Assembly (NCBI GenBank): GCA_965238075.1
Contig: OZ250173.1
Coordinates: 1,632,001-1,696,000, forward strand
DNA length: 64,000 nt
Direction: 5' to 3'
From: Candidatus Entotheonellaceae bacterium
GTDB lineage: Bacteria > Tectomicrobia > Entotheonellia > Entotheonellales > Entotheonellaceae
Part shown: positions 46,543 to 56,335 of the stretch, in pieces
How positions within the stretch are numbered: position 1 is the stretch's first letter
Layout of the letters: each line of letters starts with the position of its first letter
Notes under the pieces: generated by a model
Database searches by the model: none
What the model was told of the DNA's origin: nothing
The model's input: the letters and a program-made list of their open reading frames with translations, nothing else
Position numbers and translations under genes: made by a program

Positions 46543-47637
46543 TTAATCGTCGGGCAGATGGACGACCGAGCGCAGCGTCTCGCCCCGCTCCATGGCCTCA
46601 AAGGCGGGCTCCGTCTCGTCGAGCGTGATGACCCGCGTGACGACCCGGTCGAGGTCGAGGTCGCCGCGCCGGTACCAATCCGCCAGCATGGGGAAATCGC
46701 GCGACGGTAGGCAATCGCCGTACCAACTCACCCGCAGGGCGCCACCCAAGCCGAAGAACTGCTGGATCGGCAGGTCCAGGCGCATCGTTGGGTCCGGCAC
46801 GCCGATGAGCACACACGTGCCGGCAAGGTCGCGTGCCCACAGGGCCTGCAGCAAGGTTTCGGGTCGGCCAATCGCCTCGAATGAAAAATCGACACCGTTA
46901 CCGCCCGTCAGTTCCTTGATAGCCGCCACCGGATCACCATCGCGGGCGTTTACCAAGTCTGTGGCGCCAAACTCGCGGGCCCAATTGAGCTTGTTCTCGG
47001 CGATGTCAACGGCGATGATCTTAGAAGCGTGGGCAATCCTGGCGCCCTGAATGACGCTGGCGCCAACGCCGCCGCAGCCGAAAACGGCAACGGTGCTGCC
47101 GCGCCGCACGGATGCTGTGTAGAGCACAGCGCCGATGCCGGTCATGACGCCGCAACCAATCAGACAGGCTTGCACTGGCGGGCATTCGGTCGACACGGGC
47201 ACGGCCTGCCGAGCGGCCACGACGGTGTGCGTGCAGAACGTCCCGATGCCCAGCGCCGGGCTGAGGGTGGTGCCGTCTGCCGTCCGCATGCGCGGCTCGG
47301 CGTTGAGGCTGGCGGCGCAGAGATGCGGCTGGCCGATGGCGCAGAAGCGGCAATTGCCGCATGGCGCACGCCAAGCCAGGATGACGTAATCGCCCACTGC
47401 CGGGGCGGTGACGCCCTCACCCACGGCCTCGACGATGCCGGCGCCCTCGTGGCCGAGCAGGTACGGAAAATCGTTGCCGACGCTGCCCAGCTTGTAATGC
47501 AAATCGGTGTGGCACACGCCGCTGGCCTGCACGCGAACCAACACTTCGCCCGGACCCGGCGGATCAATGAGAATTTCTTCCACGTGTGCCGGTTCTCCGG
47601 CGCGACGCGCCACGACGCCTCGTCCTGTGATGGTCAT
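46543..47637 (-). CDS. Zn-dependent dehydrogenase resembling S-(hydroxymethyl)mycothiol dehydrogenase (MscR/AdhE2)
   Basis: GVCHTDLHY, FPYLLGHEG, WRAPCGNCRFC, LSPALGIGTF, GCGVMTG, SWYGDCLPSRDFPML. Confidence 0.8.
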   Translation of the reverse strand: MTITGRGVVARRAGEPAHVEEILIDPPGPGEVLVRVQASGVCHTDLHYKLGSVGNDFPYLLGHEGAGIVEAVGEGVTAPAVGDYVILAWRAPCGNCRFCAIGQPHLCAASLNAEPRMRTADGTTLSPALGIGTFCTHTVVAARQAVPVSTECPPVQACLIGCGVMTGIGAVLYTASVRRGSTVAVFGCGGVGASVIQGARIAHASKIIAVDIAENKLNWAREFGATDLVNARDGDPVAAIKELTGGNGVDFSFEAIGRPETLLQALWARDLAGTCVLIGVPDPTMRLDLPIQQFFGLGGALRVSWYGDCLPSRDFPMLADWYRRGDLDLDRVVTRVITLDETEPAFEAMERGETLRSVVHLPDD

Positions 47638-47916
47638 CCCTGATTCCCTCTCGCTGTTCACTCCCGAAGCGCGGCTAGTGTGGGTTGCCGAGGCGTTCGA
47701 TGGAGCAAGGGTTACTGACTGCGACTCACGTTGTTGGGGCGCGTAGAATATCACACGGCGCACGGGCCGATGAAGCGCAAAAACGCCGTTGACAGGTTCC
47801 GGCGTGTCTGATTAAAGTCTGGCACTCAATGCCGAGCATCGAGAGATTTGAACAGCTAAATGAGGCGCCTGAACGACCCTGGCGGAGTCGCGCGAGCCGG
47901 CGCCGAGGAGACGATC

Positions 47917-48471
47917 ATGTCCGCCGAGAAGTATGCCCTGTTAGAGGCAAGGATTCGCCAGACAGCAAGCCTGGTGGCGCGGCTGCGGGAGGAGAATCAG
48001 CTGTTGGTGCAGGAGAATGAACAGTTGTGCGCGCGCATCGCAGAGCTTGAAGAGGAACTCCAGCGTGCGCGGCGCCCTGGGGCAGAGTCGACGCCCGATC
48101 TCGATCATTTGCTTGAACAGCTCGATACGTTGCACCAGGCGGACTCGCCCCCGACAGTTGAGAAGGTGGAAGCGTACGAGCCGGAACCGGCGGCGGACGA
48201 CGTGCCTGCCGAAGAGCCAGAAGCCGAGGAACCGCGAACGGAAGAGGATTACTTTCAGCTCGGCACGACGTATGAGCGGCGCGGGCAGTTCGAGTCGGCC
48301 ATTCAGATCTACCAGCAACTGTTGGAGGCGGATGACAACAATCTGGAAGTGGCGCAGCGCCTCGCGTTCCTGCTCGAAAAGCTCAACCGCGACGAGGAGG
48401 CCGCTCCGTTATGGGACAGGATCTGGACCATGCGAGCAGGCCGGTCCAACCGGCAGCGCCGGTCCCGCTGA
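47917..48471 (+). CDS. Coiled-coil plus TPR hypothetical protein
   Basis: N-terminal heptads (LREENQLLVQENEQL) and a C-terminal TPR (YFQLG..Y...GQFESAI..Y). Confidence 0.7.
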   Translation: MSAEKYALLEARIRQTASLVARLREENQLLVQENEQLCARIAELEEELQRARRPGAESTPDLDHLLEQLDTLHQADSPPTVEKVEAYEPEPAADDVPAEEPEAEEPRTEEDYFQLGTTYERRGQFESAIQIYQQLLEADDNNLEVAQRLAFLLEKLNRDEEAAPLWDRIWTMRAGRSNRQRRSR

Positions 48472-48608
48472 CCGCTGCCCCGTCCTTGCTTTTGCCACAC
48501 TAATTCATTTGTTTTCCAGCACGATACCATCCCAAGCACAGCCTTCAAGCGGTGCCGCCTCGAGGCCCCATCCCTTGTAAATCCACTGCACGACTATGGG
48601 AGAACACG

Positions 48609-49346
48609 ATGTCAGTATGCGTACGTCTTGTGTTGAGCGTTATTGTGTCGGTCTGGGTGTTGTCCGATTCAGCCCCTGCAGCACTGGCCGGAATGATCGG
48701 GTACCCCGCCGCCCGCCAGGAACGGCTGCTGCAGGTGCGTCTTGAATTGGCTGGCGACAGTTTCAGGGAAGGCGTGGAATCGAAAGGCCCCATTTCGGCG
48801 GGTGAGGAATTCAAGGCTGGAACTGGACGCGGACTGGTGACTGTCGTCGCGGGGCTGACCGACTGGAGTGAGATATACGCCCGCTTTGGCGGCGGTGAAT
48901 TCGATGTCGTCGGGACAGGATTCAATGGTTCATTCGGCTCGGCCTATGGCGCCGGTCTGCGGTTGCGTCTGTTGCGATTTGGTTGGGGTGTTGTCGGGGT
49001 TACGGGGCAGTATCTGCGTTTTTCGAGTGATGACGATGATGCAGGGGGTGCCGAGGTTGAAGGCTTATGGGAGGAATTCGACGCCGCCTTGGGCATCGGC
49101 ACACGGCGGTTTGAGACGTTTCAGTTATACGGCGGTGTGGCCTATCACCAGTCAACAATAACATTGTCGGGCGGTGAAGGCGTGCTGGAGTCGGATTTTG
49201 AATCGGCCGTTCCGGTGCGGGGGTTTGCCGGGGTGAACTTCTATCCCTTGGTCGATTTCCCGGCCGGGCATTTTGTGGTCAACGTGGAAGCCCGCTTCAT
49301 CGGCGAGACCCCGCAATTCACCTTGGGGCTGCAATACTCGTTTTAG
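48609..49346 (+). CDS. Putative outer-membrane beta-barrel protein
   Basis: Signal peptide, amphipathic strands, C-terminal LGLQYSF. Confidence 0.7.
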   Translation: MSVCVRLVLSVIVSVWVLSDSAPAALAGMIGYPAARQERLLQVRLELAGDSFREGVESKGPISAGEEFKAGTGRGLVTVVAGLTDWSEIYARFGGGEFDVVGTGFNGSFGSAYGAGLRLRLLRFGWGVVGVTGQYLRFSSDDDDAGGAEVEGLWEEFDAALGIGTRRFETFQLYGGVAYHQSTITLSGGEGVLESDFESAVPVRGFAGVNFYPLVDFPAGHFVVNVEARFIGETPQFTLGLQYSF

Positions 49347-50338
49347 ATATTGTGGCAGGCGACGTAATGCTCACTGCCGCGGTCGACCAATTCCGGCGAC
49401 ACCTCGCCGCAGATGTCGGTGGCGATGGGACATCTGCCGTACAGACGGCAGCCCGGCGGCGGATCGACGGGGGTGGCCAGTTCGCCCTGCAGCGTCAGGC
49501 GGGGCGGCGGCTTGAGCGGATCGGCATGGGGCACGGCCATGAGCAGGGCGTGCGTGTAGGGGTGCTTGGGGTTCTCAAAGATAGTTTCCACCGTACCGGT
49601 TTCGACGATCTTGCCAACGTACATGACCGCGACCCGGTCGCTGATGTGACGGATGACACTGAGGTCATGGGCGATGAACAGATAAGTCAGGTTGAACTCC
49701 TGCTGCAACTCCCGGAACAAATTGAGAATCTGCGCCTGAATGGAGACGTCCAGGGCTGAGACAGGTTCGTCGCCGATGATCAACTGAGGGCTTACGGCCA
49801 AGGCTCTGGCGATGGCGATGCGCTGACGCTGGCCGCCGCTGAATTCGTGCGGATAGCGGTCGGCGTGTTCGACGCCCAGGCCTACCAGGCGCAACAAATG
49901 CAGCACGTGGCGGCGCTTGGCCGTCCAACCCTTGGCGAGATTGTGGACTTCCAGGGGGCGGCTGAGTATCTGCATGATGGTTTTGCGCGGGTTCAGGGAA
50001 CCGTACGGGTCCTGAAAGACCAGTTGAACGGTCTTCCTCACGTCCAGCATGCGTTCGGGTGGAAGCGACAGCAGATCGTCGTCTTTCAGGTAGATGGAGC
50101 CGCTACTCGGCTCAATCAAGCGAGTAATCAGGCGCGCCGTGGTAGATTTGCCGCAACCGCTTTCCCCCACCAATCCAAGCGTTTCACCGGGCTTGATGAA
50201 GAAGCTGATATCATCCACGGCCTTCAGGGTGCGGGTCTTACCGCCGAGGCGGGAGATCAGGTCGTTATTCAACGGGAAATGCTTGGTGAGATTCTTGACT
50301 TCCAGAAAATAGTCACTCATTGGCGTCCCGTTTCCCAT
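49343..50338 (-). CDS. Oligopeptide/dipeptide ABC ATPase (OppF/DppF)
   Basis: GESGCGKST, FQDPYGSLNPR, YPHEFSGGQRQR, HPYT, C-terminal Cys motif. Confidence 0.92.
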   Translation of the reverse strand: MGNGTPMSDYFLEVKNLTKHFPLNNDLISRLGGKTRTLKAVDDISFFIKPGETLGLVGESGCGKSTTARLITRLIEPSSGSIYLKDDDLLSLPPERMLDVRKTVQLVFQDPYGSLNPRKTIMQILSRPLEVHNLAKGWTAKRRHVLHLLRLVGLGVEHADRYPHEFSGGQRQRIAIARALAVSPQLIIGDEPVSALDVSIQAQILNLFRELQQEFNLTYLFIAHDLSVIRHISDRVAVMYVGKIVETGTVETIFENPKHPYTHALLMAVPHADPLKPPPRLTLQGELATPVDPPPGCRLYGRCPIATDICGEVSPELVDRGSEHYVACHNI

Positions 50339-50344
50339 GCCGGC

Positions 50345-51313
50345 TCATGGATGCAGATGACAGGCTACGAAGTGCCCGGGAGCAACCTCTTTGAGCGGCG
50401 GCACTTCCTGGCTGCAAATGTCCATGGCGTGCTCACAACGCGGGTTGAATTTGCAGCCCTGCGGCGGTTCCAGCATGTTGCACACCAAACCCTTGATCGG
50501 CGTCAGGAATTTCGTCTGCGTGTCGAGGCGCGGAATGGAGTTCAGCAGACCCTGCGTGTAGGGGTGCAGCGGATTGGCGAAAATCTCGTTCTTGGTGCCG
50601 ATCTCGACGAGGTGCGAGGCGTACATGACGCCGATGGTGTCGCAGGTGTGGGCGACGACGCCCAGGTTGTGCGTGATGAAAATCAGCGACATGTGAAAGC
50701 GTTCGGTCATGCTCCGGATGAGCTCGAGGATGGTGGCCTGAATGGTCACGTCGAGGGCGGTGGTGGGTTCGTCGGCAATCAAGAAAGAAGGATTGCAACT
50801 GAGGGCCATGGCCAGCATGACGCGCTGTCGCATGCCGCCGCTGAATTCGTGTACGTAATTGCCGTGGCGCGATTCGGGCGACGGGATGCCAACCAGGTTC
50901 AGGAGTTCGATGACGCGCTCCCTGGCTTCCTTCCTGCTCATACCGAGGTTGGTTCGCAGGGCGTCGGAAATCTGGTTGCCAACGGTGAAGACGGGGTTCA
51001 GGGCGCTCATCGGCTCCTGAAAGACCATGGCGATTTTCCTGCCGCGCAGCTCACGCATTTCGGCTTTCGACTTGTCCAGCACGTTCTCGCCGTCGAACAG
51101 GATGCGGCCCTGAGAAATCTCGCCGGGGGGGATGGGAACGAGACGCATGACGGCGCGTGCCGTGACCGTCTTGCCGGAGCCGGATTCGCCGACCAGTCCG
51201 AAGGTCTCGCTGCGGTTCACCGTCAAGGAGACACGGTCGACAGCCGTCAGCCTGCCGCGCTTGAGGTGAAAGCGAACGCTGAGGTCTTCGATCTGCAGGA
51301 CGGGATCAGCCAT
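50345..51313 (-). CDS. Oligopeptide/dipeptide ABC ATPase (OppD/DppD)
   Basis: [39 protein letters not shown]. Confidence 0.92.
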   Translation of the reverse strand: MADPVLQIEDLSVRFHLKRGRLTAVDRVSLTVNRSETFGLVGESGSGKTVTARAVMRLVPIPPGEISQGRILFDGENVLDKSKAEMRELRGRKIAMVFQEPMSALNPVFTVGNQISDALRTNLGMSRKEARERVIELLNLVGIPSPESRHGNYVHEFSGGMRQRVMLAMALSCNPSFLIADEPTTALDVTIQATILELIRSMTERFHMSLIFITHNLGVVAHTCDTIGVMYASHLVEIGTKNEIFANPLHPYTQGLLNSIPRLDTQTKFLTPIKGLVCNMLEPPQGCKFNPRCEHAMDICSQEVPPLKEVAPGHFVACHLHP

Positions 51314-51545
51314 GCTGTTGCTATCCGGATGCGGTAGGTTTGGCGCTATGATGGGTCACGAGCGAAGCGTCCACCACGGCAAAGGGAGGCGACCTTATGC
51401 GCAATAGGTGTGGGTGTCAAGCACAAAGGACGCCGCGAAAAGCTTGTTTGCCTGTCCCGTAACGGCAATTGAGAATTGCCCCTCCCTGGTCTACAATGCG
51501 TGCCGATTTCGGGCCATAAACCATGTGACGGAACGGGGGAGCGCC

Positions 51546-52364
51546 ATGCAAGGGCGGTGGCCGTCAGGCAAGCGGTGCGCGGTGGGATTGAGCTTCGATT
51601 TCGACGCCGAGACGATCTGGTTCCGGACCCTCCGTCAGCCCTTTCTCGGCCAGATGTCGCGCGGCGAGTACGGTGCCCGGGAGGGTGTGCCCCGCATTCT
51701 GGAATTGCTGCGCAGATACGACCTGAAGGCCACGTTCTTCGTGCCAGGGTGGACGGCTGACAAGTATCCGCATTTGGTCGAGCAAATGTACGCCGCAGGC
51801 CACGAAATCGGTCATCACGGTTACGAACACGAATACGTGATCAACAAGGGCCACGAGGTCGAGCTGGAGGTGTTGAGCAAGGGCATCGAGAGCCTGCAAC
51901 GCATTACCGGCGCTGTTCCGAAAGGCTACCGCGCTCCGGCGGGCAACGCCGGTCCCCATACCCTGGAGCTATTGTTGGATCACGGCTTCACGTATGACAG
52001 CAGTCTAGTCGGCGGCGATGAACCCTACTGGATCCAGACACCCGAGACCGGCCGGCCCCTCCTGGAAGTGCCATTCAGTTGGGAAATGACCGATACCTCA
52101 CACTTTCTCTTCAACTACCATCCCTATTACACCGGGATGTCGAGTCAGAACAAGGTCTACGAAATCTGGCAAGCCGAGTGTGACGGTGCCTTTGATGACG
52201 GCGGCTTTCTCAGCATCGTCATGCACCCGCAAGTGATTGGGCGACGTTCCCGCATGGCGATGTTGGAGCGGCTTATCCGCCATTTGCGAGGGCGCGAGGA
52301 GGTGTGGTTCGCCACGCATCTTGAGGTGGCGGAGGCGTGGCTGGCGCAGGAGTCTGTCTCGTGA
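51546..52364 (+). CDS. Polysaccharide deacetylase family (PuuE/HpPgdA-like)
   Basis: SFDFDAE, YGAREGVPRIL, TFFVPG, HEIGHHGYEH, GYRAP, MHPQVIGR. Confidence 0.88.
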   Translation: MQGRWPSGKRCAVGLSFDFDAETIWFRTLRQPFLGQMSRGEYGAREGVPRILELLRRYDLKATFFVPGWTADKYPHLVEQMYAAGHEIGHHGYEHEYVINKGHEVELEVLSKGIESLQRITGAVPKGYRAPAGNAGPHTLELLLDHGFTYDSSLVGGDEPYWIQTPETGRPLLEVPFSWEMTDTSHFLFNYHPYYTGMSSQNKVYEIWQAECDGAFDDGGFLSIVMHPQVIGRRSRMAMLERLIRHLRGREEVWFATHLEVAEAWLAQESVS

Positions 52365-52373
52365 GGGGAATCC

Positions 52374-53165
52374 ATGGATGCACAAACGATTGAAACGCTC
52401 GCCGACCGGTTGATCGCCGCGGAAGAAAGCCGCGAGCCGGTTGAGGTACTGACGATTGACCATCCGGACCTGACGGTTGAAGACGGCTATCGGGTGCAAT
52501 TCGCCATTGCCAACAAAAAAGTAGCGCGCGGAGACCGGGTGGTCGGCAAGAAGATCGGCCTCACCAGTCGGGCGAATCAGGAAGTCTTTGGCGTACACGA
52601 ACCGGTTTGCGGGCAGCTCATGGGCCAAGGCGTTTACCTGGAAGCGACGCCGGTCGACACGGCGTCGCTGATTCAACCGATTATTGAATGCGAAATCACC
52701 TTTGTGATGAACCGGCGTATTGAAGGGCCCGGGGCTACGGTGCCGCAGGTGCTGCGCAGCACGGAGGGCATCATGCCGTCGCTGGAACTCGGGGATTCGC
52801 GCATGCGTGACTGGATCGGCCGCGCCAAGGTGGCTGACATTCTGGCCGATAGCTGCGGCACCGCCGGTATCATCGTAGGCGGCGAGCTTCATTCGGTCAG
52901 GAATTTCGACATGCGCTACACGGGGATGGTGGTCGAGAAGAACGGCGACATCATTGCGACCGGCGCAGCGGGGGCAGTGATGGGCAATCCCGCGCAAGCG
53001 GTCGCCTGGCTGGCCAACAAACTCGCCGAGTTTGATTTGGCGATCGAGGAGGGCGACATGGTGCTCGCCGGCGCCCTGACCGGGGCGGTGCGCATGGCGT
53101 CCGGCGATGTGCTGAAGGCAACGTTCGGCGGCGGCTTGGGACCGGTCGGCGTGAGTTTTGCGTAG
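52374..53165 (+). CDS. 2-keto-4-pentenoate hydratase-like (FAH family)
   Basis: GKKIGLTS, IECEI, ELGDSR, AVMGNP..AVAWLAN. Confidence 0.88.
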   Translation: MDAQTIETLADRLIAAEESREPVEVLTIDHPDLTVEDGYRVQFAIANKKVARGDRVVGKKIGLTSRANQEVFGVHEPVCGQLMGQGVYLEATPVDTASLIQPIIECEITFVMNRRIEGPGATVPQVLRSTEGIMPSLELGDSRMRDWIGRAKVADILADSCGTAGIIVGGELHSVRNFDMRYTGMVVEKNGDIIATGAAGAVMGNPAQAVAWLANKLAEFDLAIEEGDMVLAGALTGAVRMASGDVLKATFGGGLGPVGVSFA

Positions 53166-53195
53166 GCGGTTTCGGTCGGAACAGGGAAACGCGTC

Positions 53196-53660
53196 ATGGC
53201 GGCATCAAGCAATCTTGTCGCATTGCTGAAAACGCACCGCTTCGGCCACCTGGCGACGGCCGACAAGCTCGGTGCCCCGCACATGGTGCCGATATGCTTC
53301 GCCTATGACGGACAGGCCGTTTATTCCGCCATCGACCACAAACCCAAGCGCCGTGCCGGTTACAGTATGAAACGCATACGCAACATTGTTGAGAATCCGC
53401 GCGTGGCGTTTCTAGTGCACCATTATGAGGAAGACTGGCAACAGCTTTATTACGTGATGATGCGCGGCCCGGCGACGATATTGGAGGAGGGAACCGAGCG
53501 CGCTCACGCGTTCACGCTTCTTGAGAAAAAATACGCCCAGTATCGCGATCGCCACCTGAGTAACAGTGACGGGTTGGTGATCAAAATCGCGCCGGACCGC
53601 ATCACCCAATGGGGCGAATCCCTGGCACAGTCCGCGGGCGGCAGCCCTGAAAATTCATGA
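53196..53660 (+). CDS. PPOX-class putative F420-dependent oxidoreductase
   Basis: LATAD..G.PH.VPICFA, AIDHKPK, RIRNI.ENPRV..LV.HY.EDW, KYAQY. Confidence 0.8.
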   Translation: MAASSNLVALLKTHRFGHLATADKLGAPHMVPICFAYDGQAVYSAIDHKPKRRAGYSMKRIRNIVENPRVAFLVHHYEEDWQQLYYVMMRGPATILEEGTERAHAFTLLEKKYAQYRDRHLSNSDGLVIKIAPDRITQWGESLAQSAGGSPENS

Positions 53661-53678
53661 CACGGAAGGTTATAGCGG

Positions 53679-54845
53679 ATGGATTTCGAGCTATCGGAGC
53701 AGCAGCAACTGATTCGCACCGAAGTGCGGAACTTAGCGCGGAAATTTGACTGGGGCTACTGGCGCGACCTGGATCGCACCGCGGAATACCCGCACGCATT
53801 CTTCAACGAATTTGCCGCCAATGGGTGGCTGGGCACGGTCATTCCCACCGAATACGGCGGCAGCGGTCTGGGCGTGACCGAGGCCGCCATCGTCCTGCTG
53901 GAAATCTGCGCGTCGGGTGCAGGGACATCCGGCGCCTCGCCCATTCACTTCTCGATGTTCCCGCCCATGCCGATCATTCTGCATGGCAGCGACGAGATGA
54001 AGCGGCGGTATCTGCCCCCCATCGCGCGGGGCGAGATGAAGCTGGCGTTTTCGGTGACCGAGCCCAACGTGGGCAGCGACACCACACAATTGCAGACGAC
54101 GGCGGTGCGGGACGGCGACGAGTGGGCCATCAATGGACGCAAGATCTGGTGTACGAACGCCCAAAACGCAGACCGCGTTCTCATCTTGACACGCACGACA
54201 CCGGCGGATCAGGTGGCGAAAAGGTCCAAAGGCATGTCCCTGTTCTTCGCCGAGATGGACCGTTCCGCTATTTCGGTGCGGCTGATCGAGAAAATGGGCC
54301 GCCATGCGGTCGATTCCAACGAATTGTTCATCGACGATCTGCGGGTGCCGCATGCTGATCTCGTGGGCGAGGAAGGCGAGGGCTTCTCCCATATCATGAC
54401 CGGCCTGAACCCGGAACGCATCGTGATCGCGGCGGAAGCGGTGGGCATCGGCAGAGCCGCGCTCGACAAGGCCGTGGACTATGCCAAGGATCGGGTTGTC
54501 TTTGGCCGCCCCATTGGCAGAAATCAGGGTGTGCAGTTCCCTCTGGCGGAGGCCTATGCCCACCTGGAGGCAGCCGAGTTGATGACGCTCAAGGCGGCGT
54601 GGCTTTACGACAACGGGTTGCCTTGCGGCAAGGAGGCAAATATCGCGAAGTTGTTAGCGGCCGAGGCGGGGTGTGACGCAGTTGATCACGCTGTGCAGAC
54701 ACATGGCGGGTTTGGTTACGCGCGAGAGTTTGATGTCGAGCGGCTTTATCGTGAAATCCGTCTTTACAAAATTGCGCCGATTTCTCAGCAGATGGTATTG
54801 AATTACCTAGGTGAGCACGTACTGGGCATGCCGCGGTCGTATTGA
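53679..54845 (+). CDS. Acyl-CoA dehydrogenase
   Basis: PTEYGGSG, FSVTEPNVGSD, NGRKIW, LNPERI, RVVFGRPIG, QTHGGFGY. Confidence 0.93.
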   Translation: MDFELSEQQQLIRTEVRNLARKFDWGYWRDLDRTAEYPHAFFNEFAANGWLGTVIPTEYGGSGLGVTEAAIVLLEICASGAGTSGASPIHFSMFPPMPIILHGSDEMKRRYLPPIARGEMKLAFSVTEPNVGSDTTQLQTTAVRDGDEWAINGRKIWCTNAQNADRVLILTRTTPADQVAKRSKGMSLFFAEMDRSAISVRLIEKMGRHAVDSNELFIDDLRVPHADLVGEEGEGFSHIMTGLNPERIVIAAEAVGIGRAALDKAVDYAKDRVVFGRPIGRNQGVQFPLAEAYAHLEAAELMTLKAAWLYDNGLPCGKEANIAKLLAAEAGCDAVDHAVQTHGGFGYAREFDVERLYREIRLYKIAPISQQMVLNYLGEHVLGMPRSY

Positions 54846-54897
54846 GGACTAAGGCTTAACAAAGAGCATGCCCAGACGTTTCGGCCTGCAAACAATC

Positions 54898-55089
54898 TCA
54901 CCCACAATTGAGGCAGCGGATTTCGGCGAAGATGTCCTCTTGTGCCGTCTCCACCTCGCGGGCGTAGTTGACCATACAGCGCATTGTTTTTGAAACGTCC
55001 GGCAAGTTATACTTCGCCGTCATTTCTTCGATAAACACCATCATGTCTTTCTCAAGCTCAAACGAATAGAGAGCTTTATCCTTCGGCAT
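54898..55089 (-). CDS. Small hypothetical protein with C-terminal CxxC
   Basis: RBS GAGGAG; 63 aa ending RCLNCG. Confidence 0.65.
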   Translation of the reverse strand: MPKDKALYSFELEKDMMVFIEEMTAKYNLPDVSKTMRCMVNYAREVETAQEDIFAEIRCLNCG

Positions 55090-55186
55090 CTTTCACTCCT
55101 CATTGAAACATAGTGGACAGCGTGTCACAGCTTGCTTGGAAGTGCGCCATTATAGCCATAACCCATAGGCGAGGGAAGGGTGCTGA

Positions 55187-55972
55187 ATGAGGCTCTACCG
55201 GCACTGGATAAGCCTTTTGGGCTTCGGTCTGATCCTGGTTTTGAGTGGTGGGAACGTCTCTTCTACCTGGGCACAGAGGTCTGTTGCCGCGGACCCAGCG
55301 GCTCCCCGCCGAGTAGCGGGTGTTGTCTTCGCACAAGGCGGCCTGTCGGTGGACGTGCAAGATGAGGACTTCGGTGCGATTTTCCGGGACATCGCCTCGC
55401 AATCACAGATCGAAGTCAGTAACCTGGGTGGGCTACCTAATCGCCGCATTTCAACACAGTTCACCGACTTGTCTCTCATAGAAGGGCTCAAACGTCTGCT
55501 GCGTGTCGCCGGCGTGCCAGGGTATGCGCTCATTACTGCCCAGACGGAAGACGGCGTGAAGGTCGAACGCATTCTGTTTCTGGATACCAATGCGAGCACA
55601 GGTGCCCAACCGCGTGCTGCTGCCTCATCGCAAATGGCCACGCGCCGGGCCCGTCGGGAGCCCGCTCGGTCGAAACGCGCTCGTTCGCGTGTGGCGGCAC
55701 GTAGTCCGGGGGAAAAAGATAGCGCTTCCAAGTCGGTTTTTGAGGACCTGAAAGCGAACCCGGAAACCGAGCGACTGCTTAACCAGGTTGTGCATCCGAA
55801 CGAACAGGTGCGTGAGCGGGCAATCGAGGGTCTCATGCGGCTGGCAAGCGATACGGACAGGCAGCGGGACCTGATCGAAGCTCTTGAACCCTATATGGAT
55901 GACCTGAGACAAGGGGACGAAGAAGCCCGCGAGGAAGCGCGGGAAGACATTCGTTCCATGCTGAGACGCTGA
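55187..55972 (+). CDS. Exported hypothetical protein (secretin-N-like domain plus HEAT-like tail)
   Basis: Signal peptide; LSVDVQD...I...IA...IS..F..L.L.EGLKRLL; VRERAIEGL. Confidence 0.6.
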   Translation: MRLYRHWISLLGFGLILVLSGGNVSSTWAQRSVAADPAAPRRVAGVVFAQGGLSVDVQDEDFGAIFRDIASQSQIEVSNLGGLPNRRISTQFTDLSLIEGLKRLLRVAGVPGYALITAQTEDGVKVERILFLDTNASTGAQPRAAASSQMATRRARREPARSKRARSRVAARSPGEKDSASKSVFEDLKANPETERLLNQVVHPNEQVRERAIEGLMRLASDTDRQRDLIEALEPYMDDLRQGDEEAREEAREDIRSMLRR

Positions 55973-56006
55973 TTCCAATAGTCACGTTGGGCAGGAAGGC
56001 GATGCC

Positions 56007-56294
56007 ATGCCGCCAGGTATTGAGGAAAACACCGAGGGTTCCGTGGGAATAGAAGCTACCTCGGGTCTCCCAAGGAGATTTTACCGCATATCCCGCATTG
56101 CCTTGGGCATTGCGCTATTGATCGTCGGGTTGGCGGGGCTGGTATTGCCCGTTCTGCAAGGCGTGATACTGATCGTGGCCGCGCTGGCCATCCTCCGCAA
56201 GGATATTCCTTTTGTGGCGACGAATTGGGATCGCTTCGTTGTTCCCATGCAGCAACGGTATCGGCGTTGGCGCGACGCCCGGCGCTACCGTTAG
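56007..56294 (+). CDS. Small membrane protein (PGPGW-like)
   Basis: GIALLIVGLAGLVLPVLQG hairpin. Confidence 0.65.
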   Translation: MPPGIEENTEGSVGIEATSGLPRRFYRISRIALGIALLIVGLAGLVLPVLQGVILIVAALAILRKDIPFVATNWDRFVVPMQQRYRRWRDARRYR

Positions 56295-56335
56295 GTAAAG
56301 CGGCGGCAAGCCTGGCCCCCAAACTCCGGGAGTGC

